Shown here: positions 45,555-49,904 of the stretch, one piece after another
How positions within the stretch are numbered: position 1 is the stretch's first letter
Layout of the letters: each line of letters begins with the position of its first letter
Assembly: GCA_964509615.1 (NCBI GenBank)
Contig: CAZDXZ010000002.1
Span: forward strand, 1-49,904
Length of the DNA stretch: 49,904 nucleotides
Origin: an uncultured Dehalococcoidales bacterium
GTDB lineage: Bacteria > Chloroflexota > Dehalococcoidia > GIF9 > UBA5629
Direction: 5' to 3'
Position numbers and translations under genes: made by a program
Notes under the pieces: model-generated
Told to the model about the DNA's origin: nothing
The model's input: only the letters and a program-made list of their open reading frames with translations
Databases searched by the model: none

Positions 45555-47996
45555 TTATTTTTCGATCATCCCGGCCAGCCTGGCCTGTAAGTCCGTTGCC
45601 GAAGTTTCAAAATTCCGGTTTTCCTCTGCCATAACAGTGATAATCTTACTCAGCAGTATCGCATTGTCACGATCGACCCTGCCAACGGCATTTGAAAAAG
45701 CCGAATTCCCACCTTGAACGTTATCGCCATAGACATCGGCGATCCCCAGCAGGGTGAATCCCAGCCAGTCATCACCGTGGCTTATCGTATATTCCGTTAA
45801 GCCTTCACTCACCTTGTTGATCCCGCCATACAGCGACAGCTGTTTGCAGAATCCTAAAAACGGATTCAGGTTGCGGAGGTCATCCCTGATGATGCTCACA
45901 AAGCTGTCTTCCACCGTGGAATAGCGGCCTTTATAAATATCCAGCAGCCCCCTGCAGTAAGTGGTCTGCACCCATTTACTATCAGCCTCTTCGGATTGTG
46001 TCAAAATGCGGTCTGCGCCCCGGTAATCACCTTTCTGTATGAGTGCCAGGGCCAGCTTGTTCAGGATAACGCTGTTTTGCGGGAAGAGGTCATCCGCTTC
46101 CTTGTATGAATTCACCGCATCATCCACCGCACCGGGATAACCATGTTGTGCGCGGTATAAGTAGTTGTCAGCGAGAGTAATACGCCAGTAAGCAAGACGT
46201 GGCTCCAGCCGGATACATGATTCATAGGCGGCCGTGCTCACGGTCAGCAGCCTGGATATTTCCGATTCGTCCTTCTCTCTTAAAGCATGCGAATAAGCAT
46301 AATATCCCAACAGCCCGCGGTAGTAAGCTTCATCCGGCGCCAGCGCTATTGCATCGGTCATCAGTGTCATGTCCCGACCAGGCTCATTATTCTGATTCAA
46401 ACTTTGCTTGATCTTCATATTGGCACAATAGGCCGGGAAAAACATGGCTGCGCCTGCGGCTACGAACAGGAGCACTGAAAGTACAGCCGCGGATTTCTTC
46501 ACCGTCCCTGCCCGACCGGTGGTTCCATCTCTGCTATCATGCGGTTTCTGCAACGGCCACTGACCGGCCGATCGCTGCCATCCCTCCAACCTTGCCATGG
46601 CTGCCATAATAGCCAGCATCAACCAGAAAACCATCTCGGGAACGAGTTGCGCCGGATCGAAAATAATATGGGCGCAATACTGGATCACGGCAGCTATAAC
46701 GGCGGCACACATAATGACGGTATAACGTTCCTGTGCCCTTGAGATCAGACCAAAGCCGATAAAGAAAAAAATCCCCAGCAAACACAGATAGGAAACGAGG
46801 CCCAGAACTCCTGTAGTAATGAGCAGATACAGGTAATGGTTCTCAGGCTGGGCCAGCAGCAGGCTGATTGACGTATACAGACTTTTCAGTTCGGGAGGAA
46901 ATGTGCCCTGAGAAACTACGATGAAAGTCTCGGGGCCATAGCCCGTCAGCCACCTCGACGACGTATAACAATCCCCGGCAATCCGCACAGCCGCCGGATT
47001 AATGAAGGCATCCGTTGCACACTTCCATATGGCCACTCTTGTTCCCAGCGTTGACAATCCAACCTGCTCGGCGGCTGATGCCGGTATTTCCTGCTGGCCG
47101 CCGGGCAACGTGCCTCCGGCCGGCATCAGCAACTGACCGATAAGGATGACGGCTGCCAGTGATATTATCAGTATGGATAATATGCTTAAAACAAGCGTTG
47201 ACCTGCGTTTCAGATAGAAGCCCAGAAGGCCGAAAAAAATAAACAGGCCGATTACAAAAACAAGGATTGTTACCGAATACTGTGCCATCACAAGGCAGGT
47301 GAATTGCAGAGCGAACAGTATGATCAGGCCAGCGAAGACAGCCTTATCCACGTTTCTCATTTTTATGCCCTGCCCCCTGAGAATAATCATGGCGAGGGTC
47401 AGGGGCATTATCATCGCTATGAAAGCGCTGAGATGAAGGGGATTACCTATGGTGGAAAGCGCACGGCCGTTTATGGTGCCCCAGGGGACCAGCCACGGGA
47501 AAACGATCTGGGCAATGCCCACCATACATACCAGTCCCGAAGAGATCATCAGCGTATACATCACCCTGTCGATCTGCACCCTGGCCGTTATGCTCTCTGC
47601 GATAATCAGAAAAAAAATCACCAGGCACAGCATAGATGAAAGTCCGTACTGCCAGGCAAGGCTGCCCCACAGGCTGCGGTACGGCATCACCGAAAAAATA
47701 GTCGAAATAATCCAGGCCAGAGTGAAAAAAAGTGTAGCAACCTGAAGAGGCGATCTCCTGACTGAAGCTATAAGGTTGCCGTGGTCTGCATCTCTTTTCA
47801 ATATCCACCTGGCGATGGTGATGCCCAGCAACGTAAGAACCATGAACTGGAAAAGCCGCGTTTTGGCGAAAAGAGATGAGTCCCTTAAATACAGGTTAAA
47901 GTACAGGGGCGTTATAAATATTGTCGCCAGCCACAGGCATTCGGCTGCCCTGCCCAGCACGCTGCCCCACCTCTCGTCGACTGCGGCCTGATTCAT
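45555..47996 (-). CDS. O-antigen-ligase-like (Wzy_C) polytopic membrane protein with C-terminal TPR repeats
   Basis: 813 aa, about 12 TM helices. WLTGYGPETF and PENHYLYLLITTGVLGL match the Wzy_C/WaaL/PglL loop motifs (GxGxxxF; HNxYL). C-terminal ~330 aa show TPR-like Y/A/L periodicity. Confidence 0.75.
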   Translation of the reverse strand: MNQAAVDERWGSVLGRAAECLWLATIFITPLYFNLYLRDSSLFAKTRLFQFMVLTLLGITIARWILKRDADHGNLIASVRRSPLQVATLFFTLAWIISTIFSVMPYRSLWGSLAWQYGLSSMLCLVIFFLIIAESITARVQIDRVMYTLMISSGLVCMVGIAQIVFPWLVPWGTINGRALSTIGNPLHLSAFIAMIMPLTLAMIILRGQGIKMRNVDKAVFAGLIILFALQFTCLVMAQYSVTILVFVIGLFIFFGLLGFYLKRRSTLVLSILSILIISLAAVILIGQLLMPAGGTLPGGQQEIPASAAEQVGLSTLGTRVAIWKCATDAFINPAAVRIAGDCYTSSRWLTGYGPETFIVVSQGTFPPELKSLYTSISLLLAQPENHYLYLLITTGVLGLVSYLCLLGIFFFIGFGLISRAQERYTVIMCAAVIAAVIQYCAHIIFDPAQLVPEMVFWLMLAIMAAMARLEGWQRSAGQWPLQKPHDSRDGTTGRAGTVKKSAAVLSVLLFVAAGAAMFFPAYCANMKIKQSLNQNNEPGRDMTLMTDAIALAPDEAYYRGLLGYYAYSHALREKDESEISRLLTVSTAAYESCIRLEPRLAYWRITLADNYLYRAQHGYPGAVDDAVNSYKEADDLFPQNSVILNKLALALIQKGDYRGADRILTQSEEADSKWVQTTYCRGLLDIYKGRYSTVEDSFVSIIRDDLRNLNPFLGFCKQLSLYGGINKVSEGLTEYTISHGDDWLGFTLLGIADVYGDNVQGGNSAFSNAVGRVDRDNAILLSKIITVMAEENRNFETSATDLQARLAGMIEK

Positions 47997-48122
47997 CTTT
48001 TCAATACTGCACTCGATTAAAAAGTATTGCTACCTAAATCTATTCAGTTGCTAAGATAATACAATGCCCGCCGATATGCAATAGCGGTACTTAAGTACTA
48101 CAATACAGTTACCTTAATGCTA

Positions 48123-48151
48123 TTGACCCTGCCACAAAGATGCTGTATAAA
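48123..48151 (+). promoter_or_regulatory. sigma70-like promoter for pilin 1
   Basis: TTGACC (48123-48128), 17-nt spacer, TATAAA (48146-48151). The 5' UTR contains a GTCCGG/CCGGAC hairpin. Confidence 0.45.
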
Positions 48152-48214
48152 TATTACTGTAAATAAATTGGTCCGGTGAGGTCGGTCCGGACACACGATA
48201 ATGTAGGAGGAAAT

Positions 48215-48553
48215 ATGAAAAAGTTTTTCAAGTACGGTAACAAAGGTTTCACCCTGATCGAATTACTGGTCGTCATTGCCATACTTGGCACCCTGGCTGC
48301 TGTAGTAATACTGAATGTCACCAAGTTCATCGGCTCCGGCCGGACAGAGGCGCGCGCCACGGAACAGGCCAATGTACAAACCGCTGTGACGGCATATATG
48401 TACGACAACCCAACTGTTACCACCTTCCCGGCCACTACGGTTACACCATCCAGCGCTGGCATCCTGGCTCCCTACTTTCTCAATTCGCTTAACTGCACAT
48501 ATACGATTCCTGCCGGCGGTTCGGTTCCAGCGGGAACCGGCTGCGTAAAATAG
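48215..48553 (+). CDS. type IV pilin (short, class III signal peptide)
   Basis: MKKFFKYGNKG|FTLIELLVVIAILG prepilin leader with Gly-1, Phe+1 and Glu+5. AGGAGG RBS. C-terminal Cys pair (NCTY...GCVK). The track ORF start 48176 is rejected. Confidence 0.9.
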   Translation: MKKFFKYGNKGFTLIELLVVIAILGTLAAVVILNVTKFIGSGRTEARATEQANVQTAVTAYMYDNPTVTTFPATTVTPSSAGILAPYFLNSLNCTYTIPAGGSVPAGTGCVK

Positions 48554-48586
48554 CAACATCGGCCAGGATTAACCTGCATCGCACAG

Positions 48587-48618
48587 GGGGCATGAGACTA
48601 TCTCATGCCCCTTGTTTT
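48587..48618 (+). terminator. rho-independent terminator after pilin 1
   Basis: GGGGCATGAGA-cta-TCTCATGCCCC 11-bp stem, then TTGTTTT. Confidence 0.8.
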
Positions 48619-48717
48619 AATCGCGTTTATTATAGTATACTGTAGCGCCACACAACTTAAGGTTTACTGAGAATTAATTGAGTGGTAATTTGAATCTTGG
48701 AGTGAAGGAGGTTATCA

Positions 48718-49053
48718 ATGAAGACCGTTAAGACACTCCATAGGGGTTTTACTCTTATCGAGCTGCTTGTTGTGATAGCCATACTTGGCACATTGGCCGC
48801 TGTGGTCATTCTGAATGTCACCAAATTCATCGGCTCCGGCCGGACAGAAGCGCGGGCGACAGAACAGGCCAACGTCCAAACTGCAGTAACGGCGTACATG
48901 TACGACCATTCGACTGTTACCACCTTCCCTGCTACCACGGTTACACCCAGCAGCGCCGGCATCCTGGCTCCCTATTTCCTTAATTCGCTCAACTGCACAT
49001 ATGTTATTCCTGCCGGCGGTTCGGTCCCGAGTGGTACAAGTTGCGTTAAATAA
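48718..49053 (+). CDS. type IV pilin paralog
   Basis: MKTVKTLHRG|FTLIELLVVIAILG. The mature region differs from pilin 1 at 5 of 101 residues. GAAGGAGG RBS. Confidence 0.9.
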   Translation: MKTVKTLHRGFTLIELLVVIAILGTLAAVVILNVTKFIGSGRTEARATEQANVQTAVTAYMYDHSTVTTFPATTVTPSSAGILAPYFLNSLNCTYVIPAGGSVPSGTSCVK

Positions 49054-49070
49054 TATCATCGTATTTTATA

Positions 49071-49104
49071 TAAAGGAGGCATGGACTCCAGTCCATGCCT
49101 CCTT
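49071..49104. terminator. bidirectional terminator between pilin 2 and pilT
   Basis: AAAGGAGGCATGGACT / AGTCCATGCCTCCTTT 16-bp perfect inverted repeat flanked by A/T-rich tracts on both sides. Confidence 0.8.
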
Positions 49105-49122
49105 TATTAATTATCGTTGTCG

Positions 49123-49904
49123 TTAAATGTTTGCCGACCGCATCAATTTATTCACGTCGTCCACGTCCTGGCAGAAGGCAAATACATGTTCTCTGGTGAT
49201 TATGCCTTTCCTGTACAGATCAATCAGCGCGTCATCCAGTGTTTTCATGCCGATGTTGGAGCTTGTGCGAATGGTATTGGGGATCAGGAATGGTTTCCCC
49301 TCCCTGATCAGGTTCTTAACAGCCGCATTGGCTAGCATAATCTCCACCGCTGCCACCCTGCCCCCATTTATTCGAGGTACCAGCACCTGACTGAATACCG
49401 CTAAAAGTGTGGACGCCAGGCGCGCCTGGGCCATGGGCCTTTCATGTGGAGGAAATAGATCCACAATCCGCTCTACGGACTGCGCAGCGCTGGGCGCGTG
49501 CCCGGTTGAGAGCACCAGGTGTCCTGTCTCCGCCACGGTTAAAACGGCCGATGCCGTCTCAAGATCACGCATCTCACCCACCAGTATCACATCCGGGTCC
49601 TGCCGCAGAACATACTTGAGCGCATTGACGAAAGAATGTGTATCCTGCTCCAGTTCCCTTTGAGAGAAAGCGCATTTTATACTGGGGTGCACATACTCAA
49701 CCGGGTCCTCGATGGTGACAATATAGCGTTTGACCGTGTTGTTGAGATAGTTGAGCATGGCTGCAATGCTGGTGCTTTTGCCCGAACCTGTAGGGCCGGT
49801 AATCAATATCAGTCCCCGCGGTCTGTTGACGAGTTCCTTGCATATATCGGGCAGACCAAGGTCATCAAGAGTGGGAATACGCTGTGGAAGAAGACGTATT
49901 GCCA
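49123..49904 (-). CDS. pilT: type IV pilus retraction ATPase PilT (5' end beyond the window)
   Basis: The reading frame stays open to the window edge (AIRLLPQRIPTLDDLGLP...NRPRGLILITGPTGSGKST Walker A). ILVGEMRD Walker B and TGHLVLSTGH His box. The Met at 49806 in the ORF track is an internal TTG. Confidence 0.9.
   Translation of the reverse strand, partial: AIRLLPQRIPTLDDLGLPDICKELVNRPRGLILITGPTGSGKSTSIAAMLNYLNNTVKRYIVTIEDPVEYVHPSIKCAFSQRELEQDTHSFVNALKYVLRQDPDVILVGEMRDLETASAVLTVAETGHLVLSTGHAPSAAQSVERIVDLFPPHERPMAQARLASTLLAVFSQVLVPRINGGRVAAVEIMLANAAVKNLIREGKPFLIPNTIRTSSNIGMKTLDDALIDLYRKGIITREHVFAFCQDVDDVNKLMRSANI

Larger units (their letters stand above)
48215..49053 (+). repeat. tandem duplication of the pilin gene
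   Basis: Two collinear copies about 500 nt apart. The antisense shadow ORFs 48154..48462 and 48657..48962 are also near-identical, which confirms the DNA-level repeat. Confidence 0.9.

Noticed and set aside
48154-48962. Two near-identical antisense ORFs (48154..48462 - and 48657..48962 -) that look like a paralogous gene pair
   Set aside because: They mirror the tandem pilin duplication on the plus strand. The pilin frames have prepilin leaders, RBSs and terminators. The antisense frames have none of these.
1-49904. Search for CRISPR arrays, tRNA or rRNA genes, transposases, integrases, toxin-antitoxin pairs or classical defence genes
   Set aside because: No direct-repeat/spacer arrays or cloverleaf-like sequences appear in the few intergenic regions. 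No recombinase, nuclease or NTPase defence signatures turned up. The PD-(D/E)xK-like segment inside the HPRT fusion is the only nuclease-like element, and it sits in a metabolic operon.

Overview
This 49.9 kb window is a gene-dense, almost entirely housekeeping chromosomal segment. I saw no rRNA, tRNA, CRISPR array, transposase or integrase. All product calls come from reading motifs in the supplied translations; no similarity search was run.

Gene order:
- A ferredoxin:disulfide-reductase-like protein fused to rubredoxin, plus a glutaredoxin-like protein.
- A folP-folK-PTPS/QueD operon.
- A LeuCD-type dehydratase, an isocitrate/isopropylmalate dehydrogenase and a two-subunit class I fumarase.
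- A nadK-GNAT-Nudix operon.
- An 11-gene nuoABCDHIJKLMN operon with no nuoEFG and an extra small gene between nuoK and nuoL.
- rsmD-coaD, a ferredoxin, a methyltransferase, proC, yggS, an acyl-CoA dehydrogenase and leuS.
- A minimal metallopeptidase, followed by a 640-aa CARDB protein with a roughly 230-aa Met/Pro/Gly/Gln-rich tract.
- A trmD-rplS-priA-def operon on the minus strand.
- A stripped-down division cluster: wHTH gene, mraZ, rsmH, a tiny TM ORF, ftsA and ftsZ, with no mur, ftsW or ftsI genes.
- nrdR, nrdJ, and a GAF / nuclease-like / HPRT fusion.
- A type IV pilus locus: prepilin peptidase, a Wzy_C-TPR protein, two tandem pilins and a partial pilT.

The gene content and synteny look Chloroflexota/Dehalococcoidia-like. 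The supporting points are Nuo without an N-module, a dcw cluster without peptidoglycan genes, and the LeuCD-ICDH-fumarase neighbourhood. This is a low-confidence inference.

I found no obvious self-contained novel system such as a defence island. The most unusual items are:
1. The three-domain GAF / PD-(D/E)xK-like / HPRT protein cotranscribed with nrdR-nrdJ.
2. An exact copy of the nrdR-proximal NrdR box, with the same two-box layout, in the trmD / division-cluster intergenic region.
3. A phased MraZ-type operator placed in front of an extra winged-helix gene rather than in front of mraZ.
4. The Met-rich CARDB membrane protein, whose predicted topology is paradoxical.
5. A DUF2007-like gene translationally coupled inside the nuo operon.
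6. Two tandem pilins with about 40 synonymous but only 5 amino-acid differences, next to a candidate pilin glycosylase.
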